This document shows positions 1-9,133 of a stretch of DNA of 32,348 bases, in pieces (within the stretch, counting starts at the first letter, position 1; each line of letters starts with the position of its first letter). The notes beneath the pieces are model-generated. The model made no database searches, was not told where the DNA came from, and saw nothing but the letters and a program-made list of their open reading frames with translations. The position numbers and the translations under genes are program-made. Origin of the DNA: Lachnospiraceae bacterium (GTDB taxonomy: Bacteria; Bacillota; Clostridia; Lachnospirales; Lachnospiraceae); the NCBI GenBank assembly GCA_003520205.1, contig DOVG01000214.1:1-32348 (forward strand), given 5' to 3'.

Positions 1-5
1 TGGGT

Positions 6-1712
6 ATGAGTATCACTGAAGCAGCACCGGAAGTTCTGGACAAGGATCTGGGGATAGATGATCTGGAAGAAAAATTAAATGGTATTGCCGAAGAATATCA
101 GGATGGAATGAATTCTCTGGAGGATGGAATAAACAAGTATACTGAAGGTGTAGATCAGGTGGCTGATGGGGTGAATACCCTTAAGGATGGTTCAGCTAAG
201 CTTTCATCAGGTGCAGGAGAGCTTGCTAAGGGAACTAACAGTGCTTCATCGGGTGCAGGTGATCTGAAGAAAGGTATAAAATCTGCATATGATGGCTCCC
301 AAAAACTTTCATCAGGCGCAGGTGATCTGGTTAAGGGAGCTGGAGAACTAAATACAGGTATGAAGGATATGTCCAGTGGAGCAACGACTTTGTCCAGCGG
401 AGCATCTGCTTTATCCGGTGGAGCTTCAGAACTTAAAAACGGAATAGGACAGCTAAAGGATGGAACAAATTCATTAAACACTGGTTTGTCAAGCTTGTCC
501 AGTGGAGCTTCAGATCTGGAAAATGGATTAAAGACTCTTGATTCAAATGGAGAAGCACTTACAGAAGGGGCAACTCAGATGAAGGAAGGGTTGTCACAGC
601 TGGAGGCGAATAATACAAGTTTAAATGAAGGGATAACTGCTGTTGACGACGGAGTTGGTACACTTATAGATACAATGAGTGGAGTGGTTTCTGACGTGCA
701 GGGAAAAGCTGCCGAATATCAGGCTGGAGCTGATACTGCTTCGCAGGGAGCTGAGGGGTTGAAGGCTGCGGCTGAGGCTGCAATGGAATCGGCAGAAGCA
801 GCAAAGCAGGATGAAGATATAGATGCATATGCAGCGGCTATGGAAGAGTATGCAGGATATATGGAGCAGTATGCTGAAGTAAAAGAGCAGTATGGTCAGG
901 CTTCAGGCGCAGCAGCGGCACTTAATGGTGTTGCGGACAGTATGGGACAGGCAGGTGCCGGATTATCAGATCTAAAAGCAGGAACTGCAGGACTTAAAGA
1001 TGGTATATCAGCATATACAGCAGGAGTCAGTAAGTTGAGTGCCGGAGCAACGAATCTGAGTGATGGAGTAAATCAGTATAGAGCAGGAGTAAGCAGTGCC
1101 TATGATGGTGCTCAGAAGATACATAAAGGTGCTGCGTCTGCATATACAGGCTCACAGTCACTGCTTGAAGGAACAGAGTCGGCATACGAAGGCTCTAAGT
1201 CTGTTGCATCAGGAGCGGGAAAGGTTGCTGATGGTGCAAAAGAGCTTTCTACAGGCGCAGGTAAGTTATCCGAAGGAACCAAGAAGCTTTCAGAGGGTGC
1301 AGGAACTCTTTCGGCAGGAACAAAAAGTTTAAGTTCGGGACTTTTGAAGCTCGATAAAGGAGCAGGCAGTCTTAAGACGGGACTGCTTCAGATAAAATCA
1401 GGAGCAGATGTACTTGCCGAAGGTGCATCTACACTGGATGGTGGAGTAGGTAAGCTTAAATCAGGAACAGATGAGCTTTCTTCAAATAGTGGCAGTCTGA
1501 GAGATGGAGCTGTTCAGCTGAATGTAGCAACAGGAACAATTATCAGCAAGCTTAAGTCAAGCAGCAAAAAGATTGATAGTATAGCTGATGGAATGGACGA
1601 AGTTAAGAAATCTACTGAAAGTTATCAGTCATTTGCCGGAAAGTCCGATAATATAAAAGGTAAAACGAGATTTGTAATTAAGGTGGATGGAGTAGGCACG
1701 GATAACCAGTAG
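6..1712 (+). CDS. YhgE/Pip-like protein with X-X-X-Leu-X-X-Gly heptad repeats (5'-truncated; frame is open to the window edge)
   Basis: Dozens of 'L..G...L..G' heptads (e.g. LKDGSAKLSSGAGELAKG) on both sides of an Ala/Glu-rich centre. The C-terminal YQSFAG...TRFVIKVDGV tail resembles this clostridial family. No stop upstream of nt 6, so the true start is probably outside the window. Confidence 0.7.
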   Translation: MSITEAAPEVLDKDLGIDDLEEKLNGIAEEYQDGMNSLEDGINKYTEGVDQVADGVNTLKDGSAKLSSGAGELAKGTNSASSGAGDLKKGIKSAYDGSQKLSSGAGDLVKGAGELNTGMKDMSSGATTLSSGASALSGGASELKNGIGQLKDGTNSLNTGLSSLSSGASDLENGLKTLDSNGEALTEGATQMKEGLSQLEANNTSLNEGITAVDDGVGTLIDTMSGVVSDVQGKAAEYQAGADTASQGAEGLKAAAEAAMESAEAAKQDEDIDAYAAAMEEYAGYMEQYAEVKEQYGQASGAAAALNGVADSMGQAGAGLSDLKAGTAGLKDGISAYTAGVSKLSAGATNLSDGVNQYRAGVSSAYDGAQKIHKGAASAYTGSQSLLEGTESAYEGSKSVASGAGKVADGAKELSTGAGKLSEGTKKLSEGAGTLSAGTKSLSSGLLKLDKGAGSLKTGLLQIKSGADVLAEGASTLDGGVGKLKSGTDELSSNSGSLRDGAVQLNVATGTIISKLKSSSKKIDSIADGMDEVKKSTESYQSFAGKSDNIKGKTRFVIKVDGVGTDNQ

Positions 1713-1741
1713 AGTTAATGATATTTGACATATACTAATAC

Positions 1742-1790
1742 TCAGAGACAGGGTAATGTGATATCGATGCATTACCCTGTCTTTGATTTT
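1742..1790 (+). terminator. Intrinsic terminator after the heptad-repeat gene
   Basis: Perfect 13-bp stem AGACAGGGTAATG (1746-1758) / CATTACCCTGTCT (1770-1782), extendable with a G-U pair, followed by TTGATTTT. Confidence 0.85.
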
Positions 1791-1866
1791 CATGTTACAG
1801 TTAACTGTGAATAGTAACGATGTATCAAATTTTGTTAGCGGGGGTCTGTCACTCTGTCTAAAAATG

Positions 1867-1875
1867 TGTTATCAT
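1867..1875 (+). promoter_or_regulatory. Possible extended -10 promoter for ppk1
   Basis: TG-T-TATCAT about 65 nt upstream of the ATG; no convincing -35. RBS AGAAGG lies just before 1941. Confidence 0.35.
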
Positions 1876-1940
1876 ATTGTAATTGGGTTACATTAAAACA
1901 TTAATGGTTTAGGCTATTATAAAATGAAAGAAGGTATATA

Positions 1941-3989
1941 ATGAGCGAACTATATGAAAACAGGGAGCTATCGTGGCTTCGCTTTAATGAGAGGGTTTTG
2001 GAAGAGGCTGAGGATAAAAGAAATCCTCTTTGTGAGAGACTTACATTTATGTCTATTTACCAGACTAATCTGGATGAATTCTTTATGGTCAGGGTGGGGT
2101 CTATACATGATCAGATGCTGCTTGAGGATAATCCCAAGGAGAACAAAACTCATATGACATCTTCTGAACAGCTGGAGGCTATCAGAGAAAGAGTCAGGGA
2201 GCTTGGGATAAGAAAAGATGAATCCTACCATAAGCTTATGAAGGAAGTTGAGAAGAAGGGGATTAAGCTGGTAAGCTTTTCTGAAGTAGACGAAAAAGAA
2301 AGTGCATTTTTACATGGTTTTTTTGAAAGGGAAATTCTCCCTCTTTTGTCACCGTATACTATAAGCAAGAAAAGACCATTTCCATTTATAAAGAATAAGG
2401 AAATCTGTGCAGTGGCACTTCTTGAAACCAAAGGCGGCAAAAACAGATTTGGAATAGTTCCGTGTAACACAGGTATGTTTGCAAGACTTGTGCCGATTCC
2501 TGGTGTGGAGGGCAGATATATACTGGCGGAGGAACTGATACTCCATTATATTCCGGAGGTTTTTACAGGTTATACCATATCCTGCAAGTCACTTGTAAGA
2601 ATTACAAGAAATGCGGATATAGATGCGGATAAAGTATATGACGAAGAACTGAATTACAGAGACCATATGGCAGAGGTTATCAAGCTGAGACGAAAGCTTG
2701 AGCCGGTCAGACTTGAATATACCAGAGATATAGATAAGAAAATAATCAAGAATATAGCTGATTTCTTTAATATTGATAAAGAGATGATCTTTAATACGTC
2801 AGCTCCACTTGATATGTCATTTTTATTTACATTTCAGGATGATCTCAGACATGATAAGTCGCTCTTCTTTGATAAGAGACTTCCACAGAAATCTCCTGAT
2901 ATAGATGAGACGAGGCCTATTATTCCTCAGATTATAGAGAAGGATAAATTCCTTTCCTATCCATATGAGAATATCAGACCATTTCTTACGATGCTTCATG
3001 AAGCAGCTGTATCAGATGAGGTTGTTTCAATAAAAATGACGCTTTATCGTCTGGCTAAGCACAGTAAGGTTGTTGAGGCTCTTGTTGAAGCAGCCGAAAA
3101 TGGTAAAGAGGTTGATGTTCTTGTAGAGTTAAAAGCCCGCTTTGACGAAGAGAATAATATCGGATGGTCACGTATGCTTGAAGATGCAGGCTGTCATGTT
3201 ATATATGGACTGGATGGACTTAAGGTTCATTCGAAGCTTTGCCTGATAACTATGAAATCAGGTAAGGAAGTAAAGTATATTACGCAGATAGGTACAGGTA
3301 ACTATAATGAGAAGACTGCAAGACTTTATACTGATCTATGTCTTATGACTGCTGATGAAAGGATAGGAGCAGAGGCGGCACGTGTGTTCCACGCGCTCTC
3401 TATGGGAGATGTAATAAAGAGAACAGAACATCTTCTGGTTGCACCAAAATGTCTTCAGAATAAGGTTATCGATAAGATAGACAGAGAAATCCAGATAGCC
3501 CTTGATGGTGGTGAGGGTTATGTGGGAGTGAAGATTAATTCACTGACAGACAAGAAGATAATTGATAAGCTTATTGAGGCTTCTACAGCCGGAGTAAAGG
3601 TTGAGATGGTTATAAGGGGTATATGCTGTCTTCATCCGGGTGTGAAGGGCAAAACAGATAACATAAAGATAATAAGTATAGTTGGAAGATTTCTTGAGCA
3701 TTCACGTATTTATATATTTGGTAAAGGTGAACGTGAGGAAATATATATCGGCTCGGCTGATTTCATGACAAGAAATACAGTGAGACGTGTCGAGGTAGCT
3801 ACACCTATTTATGATCCTGACATAAAAGACAGAGTAAGGAAATTCTTTGAACTGGAGATGGAGGATAATGTAAAAGCAAGACTGCTTAAGAGTGATGGTA
3901 CATATAAATATGTTCCACACAGAAAACCTCCTGTTAATTCTCAGGAAATATTCTATGAGGAAGCATATAATGCTGCAGAAAAGAAATAA
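1941..3989 (+). CDS. ppk1: Polyphosphate kinase 1
   Basis: Signatures NRELSWLRFNERVL, NLDEFFMVRVG, ELKARFDEENNI, KVHSK (phospho-His), GTGNYNEKTARLYTD, VGRFLEHSRIY, SADFMTRN; 682 aa. Confidence 0.97.
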   Translation: MSELYENRELSWLRFNERVLEEAEDKRNPLCERLTFMSIYQTNLDEFFMVRVGSIHDQMLLEDNPKENKTHMTSSEQLEAIRERVRELGIRKDESYHKLMKEVEKKGIKLVSFSEVDEKESAFLHGFFEREILPLLSPYTISKKRPFPFIKNKEICAVALLETKGGKNRFGIVPCNTGMFARLVPIPGVEGRYILAEELILHYIPEVFTGYTISCKSLVRITRNADIDADKVYDEELNYRDHMAEVIKLRRKLEPVRLEYTRDIDKKIIKNIADFFNIDKEMIFNTSAPLDMSFLFTFQDDLRHDKSLFFDKRLPQKSPDIDETRPIIPQIIEKDKFLSYPYENIRPFLTMLHEAAVSDEVVSIKMTLYRLAKHSKVVEALVEAAENGKEVDVLVELKARFDEENNIGWSRMLEDAGCHVIYGLDGLKVHSKLCLITMKSGKEVKYITQIGTGNYNEKTARLYTDLCLMTADERIGAEAARVFHALSMGDVIKRTEHLLVAPKCLQNKVIDKIDREIQIALDGGEGYVGVKINSLTDKKIIDKLIEASTAGVKVEMVIRGICCLHPGVKGKTDNIKIISIVGRFLEHSRIYIFGKGEREEIYIGSADFMTRNTVRRVEVATPIYDPDIKDRVRKFFELEMEDNVKARLLKSDGTYKYVPHRKPPVNSQEIFYEEAYNAAEKK

Positions 3990-5454
3990 ACGTATAAGTA
4001 TTAAATCATACATTTTAATAACCGTGATACTGCTTGTCAGTCTGTCACTTCTGCTCGTTTTCTTTACATCATTTTTATTTGTACGTAACAGACTCACTAA
4101 ACGGGTATATAGTGATTTGTCTGAGAATTCCAGAGATATATCGGAGGATATAGAACAGTATGGGACTGATGAGCTTGTTTCAAACGGAAGACTGTACTAT
4201 GAGGTGGCTGAAACAGCGAAGAGTCTGGGCGGAAGGATAATGATAGTATCCAGAGACTATCATATACTTCAGGATACAGATGAATCGCATAGTGACTGTC
4301 TGATAATTAATAAGGCTATAATGAATGTCATGACAGGCAGACAAAGTGTTAGTACTGATAGATTTGAAGATACGGTAGAAATCATAACTCCGATTAAGAA
4401 TAATGACGAGATAATGGGAGTAATAGTTTCCACTACATCTCTCTATGAGACTAATGCGTCGCTGGTAAAGCAGTTTATTATTATAGGAGCTGTTATATTT
4501 ATAGTTCTTATTATAGATATATTGTTTATTATCAGAATAGCAAGGGGAACAGTAAGTGATCTTGAGGACATAAATGAGCAGATGACACATACTGTTCAGG
4601 GAAATCTTCAGGAGAGACTTTCGGATCAAAGATTTATGGAGACACAGGAATTTGCTGACAGCTTTAATGAGGTTCTCTCAAAGCTTTCAACCATAGATCA
4701 GACAAGATCGGAATTTGTGTCAAATGTGTCCCATGAGCTTAAGACTCCTATAACGTCCATGAAGGTTCTTGCAGAATCAATTGTGGAAAATGAAGGCGCG
4801 GACGTAGAGGATTATAAAGAATTCATGTCGGATATCGTTGATGAGATTGATCGCGAGACTAAGATTATAAATGATCTTCTGGCTCTTGTTAAAACGGATT
4901 CTCAAAGTAACCAGATGAATTTTGAAGAATCTGATATAAATGTTATGATGGAGACCATCGTTAAGACGGTTACTCCGCTTGCAAAACAAAGAAGCATCGA
5001 TATAAGCTATGAGGGATATCGTGAGGTTTCGGCTGAGGTTGATGTGGTAAAGCTTTCACTTGCTATATCAAATCTGGTCGAAAATGCGGTTAAGTATAAT
5101 GTGGAAAGTGGATGGATCAGATGTAGTCTGAACGCTGACCACAAGTTCTTCTACATAAAGGTTGCTGATTCAGGAGTGGGTATTCCTGATGATGCTAAAG
5201 ATAAGGTGTTTGAGAAGTTCTACAGAGTTGATAAGGCAAGGAGCAGAGATACCGGAGGAACCGGACTGGGACTTGCTATCACAAGAAATATCATAAATGC
5301 TCATAGAGGAACGATAAAACTGTATAGCGAGTCTGGTAAGGGAACTACATTTACAGTAAGAATTCCACTAAGACAGAGTAAGTCAAAGGCTCAGGAATCA
5401 GTTAAGGCGGAAGAAACAGCTTTGGAGATTAATACAGAGGTAAAGGAAGCGTAG
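3970..5454 (+). CDS. Membrane sensor histidine kinase (HAMP-HisKA-HATPase, PhoR/WalK/ResE-like)
   Basis: Two TM segments; H-box FVSNVSHELKTP, N-box NLVENAVKYN, G1 DSGVGIP, F-box FEKFYRVDKARSR, G2 GGTGLGLAI. Start reassigned from 3892 to the ATG at 3970 (GAGG at 3957-3960), overlapping the ppk1 end by 20 nt. Confidence 0.93.
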   Translation: MLQKRNKRISIKSYILITVILLVSLSLLLVFFTSFLFVRNRLTKRVYSDLSENSRDISEDIEQYGTDELVSNGRLYYEVAETAKSLGGRIMIVSRDYHILQDTDESHSDCLIINKAIMNVMTGRQSVSTDRFEDTVEIITPIKNNDEIMGVIVSTTSLYETNASLVKQFIIIGAVIFIVLIIDILFIIRIARGTVSDLEDINEQMTHTVQGNLQERLSDQRFMETQEFADSFNEVLSKLSTIDQTRSEFVSNVSHELKTPITSMKVLAESIVENEGADVEDYKEFMSDIVDEIDRETKIINDLLALVKTDSQSNQMNFEESDINVMMETIVKTVTPLAKQRSIDISYEGYREVSAEVDVVKLSLAISNLVENAVKYNVESGWIRCSLNADHKFFYIKVADSGVGIPDDAKDKVFEKFYRVDKARSRDTGGTGLGLAITRNIINAHRGTIKLYSESGKGTTFTVRIPLRQSKSKAQESVKAEETALEINTEVKEA

Positions 5455-5457
5455 TTT

Positions 5458-5946
5458 ATGAAGAATAAACATATAAACAGAATACTCGTATTTATGTCTT
5501 TAGCTCTTGCGGCTGGATTTTCATCCTGTGGTATCAGAAAGGAAGATGATCAGAGTTCACTCCCTGACAATATCTCTCAGAAGGCCGGAACTGTCCAGCT
5601 ATATCACGCAACAGAAAGTTCTGTAGAGCCGGATGCTGAAAGATATCAATTGAAACAGCCGGATAATCTGTCTGCAGCTCTTGAAGAAGTTATAGAAGCA
5701 ATGACGCTGGATCCTATGATTAATATAGAGAGATATTCTGTAGAAGAAGATAGAGAAGTAAATCTATACATAAAATATGATAAGAATATAACTGCAGAGA
5801 CAAAACTGCTTAATGATGCGGCATTAGTGAAGAGTATTGAGAATCTTGACTTTACTACAGTTTATATCATATCACTGGATGAAAATGACAAAGAACTGGA
5901 AAAAGCTACATACACGGACAGTTCATTTTATTATTATGATAAGTAA
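5458..5946 (+). CDS. Lipoprotein, possibly GerMN-like accessory of the kinase
   Basis: Basic N-terminus, hydrophobic stretch and lipobox-like GFSS-C; starts 3 nt after the HK stop. The GerMN resemblance rests on position and general pattern only. Confidence 0.6.
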   Translation: MKNKHINRILVFMSLALAAGFSSCGIRKEDDQSSLPDNISQKAGTVQLYHATESSVEPDAERYQLKQPDNLSAALEEVIEAMTLDPMINIERYSVEEDREVNLYIKYDKNITAETKLLNDAALVKSIENLDFTTVYIISLDENDKELEKATYTDSSFYYYDK

Positions 5947-5967
5947 GAAAGGACAGGAAAACAAGAT

Positions 5968-8352
5968 ATGAGAAGACCGCTTCTGGTGGCAGGAGCTCTC
6001 TTTATTCTTGGAGAGATTGCTGTACATGAGATTCCGGAGAATATTTATTACTCCGCCGGTTTAACTTTATCCGCAGTTTTAATAGCATATATAAGCAACA
6101 GAAGGATGCATGAATCACATAAAAGCATCAATCTGTTGCTTTTTTTATGTTTTATTTCAGGGGCATTTTGGGGATACAGTTATTATCATCTGGGGAGAAA
6201 TGAAATAGAGAAAATGCTTGAGGGATGTGTGTCACAGGAAGAACGTGTCAGACTTAATCTCTATGTGTCGGATATTAATAAAACTGCTTCCGGAAGTAAG
6301 ATGCTTCTGAAAAAGGATAGTGGTTTTATGAAGGAACCTGTCTTTTTTATATCATATGTTCAGACTGAACCGGATGAACTTATGAATTCGGGGATTGAGA
6401 TAGGAAGAAGTGTAAGTATAGAGGGATGTATCAGTCATATAGAGGGTTCGACGAATCCGGGACAGTTTGATATGAAATATTATTATATGGGAGAAGGAGT
6501 CAGATATCAGATAAAATGCACTCAGATAAACAGCTCTTCAGAAAGAGTTAACTATATTATCCTGTATCTCATGAGGATAAGAAGATATGCAGCGGATATA
6601 ATTGATAAGTGTTATGCGCCTGAGGATGCGGGAATTATTAAAACCATGCTGTTGGGAATAAGAGATGATATATCGGATGAAACAACCATACTTTTTCAGA
6701 GAAATGGAGTGGCACATATTCTCGCTATATCGGGACTTCATATAGCACTTCTGTCATCATTTATTGAATCTTTGCTGAAACTAATGTCAGTAAGTAAAAG
6801 AAAATCTAAGATTTTAGTTATACTGATACTGATTCTTTATGGAATAATGACGGGATTTTCTCATGCAACCGTCAGGGCGGTATTAATGCTGGGAATATCG
6901 AAGCTGGCGTTTGTTTTCAGGAGAACACCGGATCTTCCGACCAGTATGATGGAAGCTCTGCTGATAATGATTATGATAAGTCCGGACAGTATCTTCAGTA
7001 CGGGAATGCTGATGAGCTACGCGGCAGTGCTTGGAGTCTGGACAGAGAGTATATTCTATAATACAGTTTTTATGAGGGAAAGATTTGATAAAGTTCCGGA
7101 AAGAGTACGACCTGTTATAAAGAAACTGATTGGTTCCGTAGTTCTTTCGGTCAGCATAGAATTATGGATGACTCCGATTCTTATGATGACAATGTATGAG
7201 GTTCCTCTTTTTTCACTTGTTGTAAATCTCCTTGTGACAGGGCTTCTTACAGTTCTTATATGCTGTGCATTTGTTGTAATCATTATAGGGGGAGTAAATA
7301 CATTTGTTATAAAACCATTTGTTTATATATCTGCAAGAATTCTCTGGTGTTACAGGGAACTATGCCGACAGATGCTTAACTTTCCTTTCTCTGTCATTGT
7401 TACAGGACATATAGAGGTATGGCAGGTTGTGATTATGTATGCTGTTATTATTACATTTCTTTTAATATGCTACAGATTTATGCAAAGAAAAACGGCTATA
7501 GAATCATTGACAGGAAGGTACTATCTCAAATGGAAGATGAAGCTAATGGTTTTTTATGTTTTTATGTGTATAGCTTTAAGCTTTGGTATGACATTTTATG
7601 GAAAACTGTATTCGTTACAAAAAAATCAGATAGTTTTTCTGGATGTGGGGCAGGGGGATGGTTCGATTATCAGGAGTAAAAATGGAAGAAACTATATAGT
7701 GGACTGTGGTTCGTCCAGTAAGAACTCTGTAGGAAGATATACCCTTATTCCGGCTCTAAAATATTATGGGATGGACCATGTGGATGCAGTATTTATATCG
7801 CATACTGATACGGATCATGTGAGTGGTATAATCGAATTGGTAAATAGTCAGATATTGCAGGGGATAGATGTAAGAAAAGTGATAATTGCTGATGGAACAG
7901 TTGAAGACGATAATCTGAAAAAACTTGAATCTGAATATATCATAGAGGCTAAAAAAGGTGAGCTTATAGATGGATGCTTTGAGGTAATATATCCGTCTGG
8001 TGGTGAAGAGAAAATTGATAAAAACGATATGTCGCTTGTGCTTTTATATAAAGAAAATGATGTAGAGGTCCTTTACACAGGTGATATAAGTGGAGAAGTT
8101 GAAGGAAGAATTGATGATACATTAAAGAATAGAGACAGAGCAAAGCTGAGAATTCTGAAATGTTCACATCATGGCTCCAGGTATTCGAGTACAGAGGACT
8201 TCCTTGAAACATATAAGCCGGATGTGACTGTGATATCCGTTGGTCAAAATAATTACGGTCATCCAACCAGAGAGGCGATGGAACGAATCAAACGAACCGG
8301 AAGTGTCATATACAGAACAGATGAAAAGGGAGCTGTGATAATCAGGGAATGA
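5968..8352 (+). CDS. comEC: DNA internalisation competence protein ComEC/Rec2
   Basis: NPGQFD motif, competence-domain G.AHILAISGLH, multiple TMs, C-terminal metallo-beta-lactamase fold (LDVGQGD, SHTDTDH, YTGD, HHGS, NNYGHP). Confidence 0.95.
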   Translation: MRRPLLVAGALFILGEIAVHEIPENIYYSAGLTLSAVLIAYISNRRMHESHKSINLLLFLCFISGAFWGYSYYHLGRNEIEKMLEGCVSQEERVRLNLYVSDINKTASGSKMLLKKDSGFMKEPVFFISYVQTEPDELMNSGIEIGRSVSIEGCISHIEGSTNPGQFDMKYYYMGEGVRYQIKCTQINSSSERVNYIILYLMRIRRYAADIIDKCYAPEDAGIIKTMLLGIRDDISDETTILFQRNGVAHILAISGLHIALLSSFIESLLKLMSVSKRKSKILVILILILYGIMTGFSHATVRAVLMLGISKLAFVFRRTPDLPTSMMEALLIMIMISPDSIFSTGMLMSYAAVLGVWTESIFYNTVFMRERFDKVPERVRPVIKKLIGSVVLSVSIELWMTPILMMTMYEVPLFSLVVNLLVTGLLTVLICCAFVVIIIGGVNTFVIKPFVYISARILWCYRELCRQMLNFPFSVIVTGHIEVWQVVIMYAVIITFLLICYRFMQRKTAIESLTGRYYLKWKMKLMVFYVFMCIALSFGMTFYGKLYSLQKNQIVFLDVGQGDGSIIRSKNGRNYIVDCGSSSKNSVGRYTLIPALKYYGMDHVDAVFISHTDTDHVSGIIELVNSQILQGIDVRKVIIADGTVEDDNLKKLESEYIIEAKKGELIDGCFEVIYPSGGEEKIDKNDMSLVLLYKENDVEVLYTGDISGEVEGRIDDTLKNRDRAKLRILKCSHHGSRYSSTEDFLETYKPDVTVISVGQNNYGHPTREAMERIKRTGSVIYRTDEKGAVIIRE

Positions 8353-8379
8353 TATATAAAGACAGCTGTTAACTGTCAC

Positions 8380-8408
8380 TTGTTTTTAGGTAGAAAAAAA
8401 ATTATAAT
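8380..8408 (+). promoter_or_regulatory. Sigma-A-like promoter for the 8457 gene
   Basis: TTGTTT (8380-8385), 17 nt, TATAAT (8403-8408); strong RBS AGGAGG at 8442-8447. Confidence 0.55.
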
Positions 8409-8456
8409 GAGAAAAGGGTTTTAATCTAAGACTTAAGATACAGGAGGATTTTTGTT

Positions 8457-9086
8457 ATGGCTAAGTATGAAATTTATGGTTATGAAATTGATAGTGAAGA
8501 TGTAATAAAGGGGGCAGCAATTGGAGCGGGACTTGCATTTGTAATTGTGGGAATTAAGAAGTTCTTTGATGCCAGATCTCTTCGTTTCGAACGTGACTAT
8601 ATGGAATATGAAGATGACGAAGATGTAGACGAGTATCTTCTTGAAGAGTATAAGGAAGATGTGAAAGACGAGCTTAGACGTGAGGAAAGAAACAGCGTGA
8701 TAAAAGGAGCTCTTTCTGTAGCATGTGGAAGTATTCTGGCTGCTGTCGGAATTATAGGTTTTACTCCGTTAAAGAAAATAGTCGTGGAGAAGCTTCCGGA
8801 GGTAGATTTAAAGAATAAGGTTGCAAGCCTTGGAATAAAGGATAAACTTGCAGATATCGCTATTAAGGATAGATTAGCAGATATAGATATAAAGGATATA
8901 AAAGACAGATTCACAGATATTGCTATAAAGGATAAGCTTACAGATTTTGACATAAAGAATAAACTTAGCGGCATTGATATAAAGAGTATTAAGAGAAAAC
9001 TGTCAGATGCTGAATTCATAAGACTCATTTCAAGGTATGACATAGATGATCTGAAGGAGAGAATTCTGAGAATTACCGGAAGATAA
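8457..9086 (+). CDS. Hypothetical membrane protein with two hydrophobic segments and C-terminal 9-aa repeats
   Basis: Strong RBS; hydrophobic helices GAAIGAGLAFVIVGI and GALSVACGSILAAVGIIGF; acidic linker; IKD(K/R)L.D(I/F). repeats. Confidence 0.75.
   Translation: MAKYEIYGYEIDSEDVIKGAAIGAGLAFVIVGIKKFFDARSLRFERDYMEYEDDEDVDEYLLEEYKEDVKDELRREERNSVIKGALSVACGSILAAVGIIGFTPLKKIVVEKLPEVDLKNKVASLGIKDKLADIAIKDRLADIDIKDIKDRFTDIAIKDKLTDFDIKNKLSGIDIKSIKRKLSDAEFIRLISRYDIDDLKERILRITGR
8835..8978 (+). repeat. Degenerate in-frame 27-bp tandem repeat (5 full units plus one 9-bp partial)
   Basis: Units start at 8835, 8862, 8898, 8925, 8952 (e.g. ATAAAGGATAAACTTGCAGATATCGCT / ATAAAGGATAAGCTTACAGATTTTGAC); partial ATAAAGGAT at 8889. 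Confidence 0.8.
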
Positions 9087-9133
9087 ACTATTACCAAATG
9101 GAGCATAAGTCTAATATCAGGGGGAAATAACGG

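Noticed and set aside
1725..1730. Perfect TTGACA hexamer after the first gene
   Set aside because: No -10 at 16-18 nt spacing; it runs into the terminator hairpin.
1845..1905. Possible Pho boxes upstream of ppk1 (CTGTCA/CTGTCT; ACATTA repeats)
   Set aside because: Repeat spacings are 8-9 nt rather than the 11-nt period expected for PhoB/PhoP boxes.
3892..3969. Longer HK start given by the ORF track
   Set aside because: It would overlap ppk1 by about 100 nt without an RBS. The ATG at 3970 has an RBS and gives a normal short basic N-terminus before TM1.
8597..9106. 169-aa antisense ORF with Ile/Ser repeats
   Set aside because: Shadow of the repetitive sense gene 8457-9086; no RBS or recognisable motifs.
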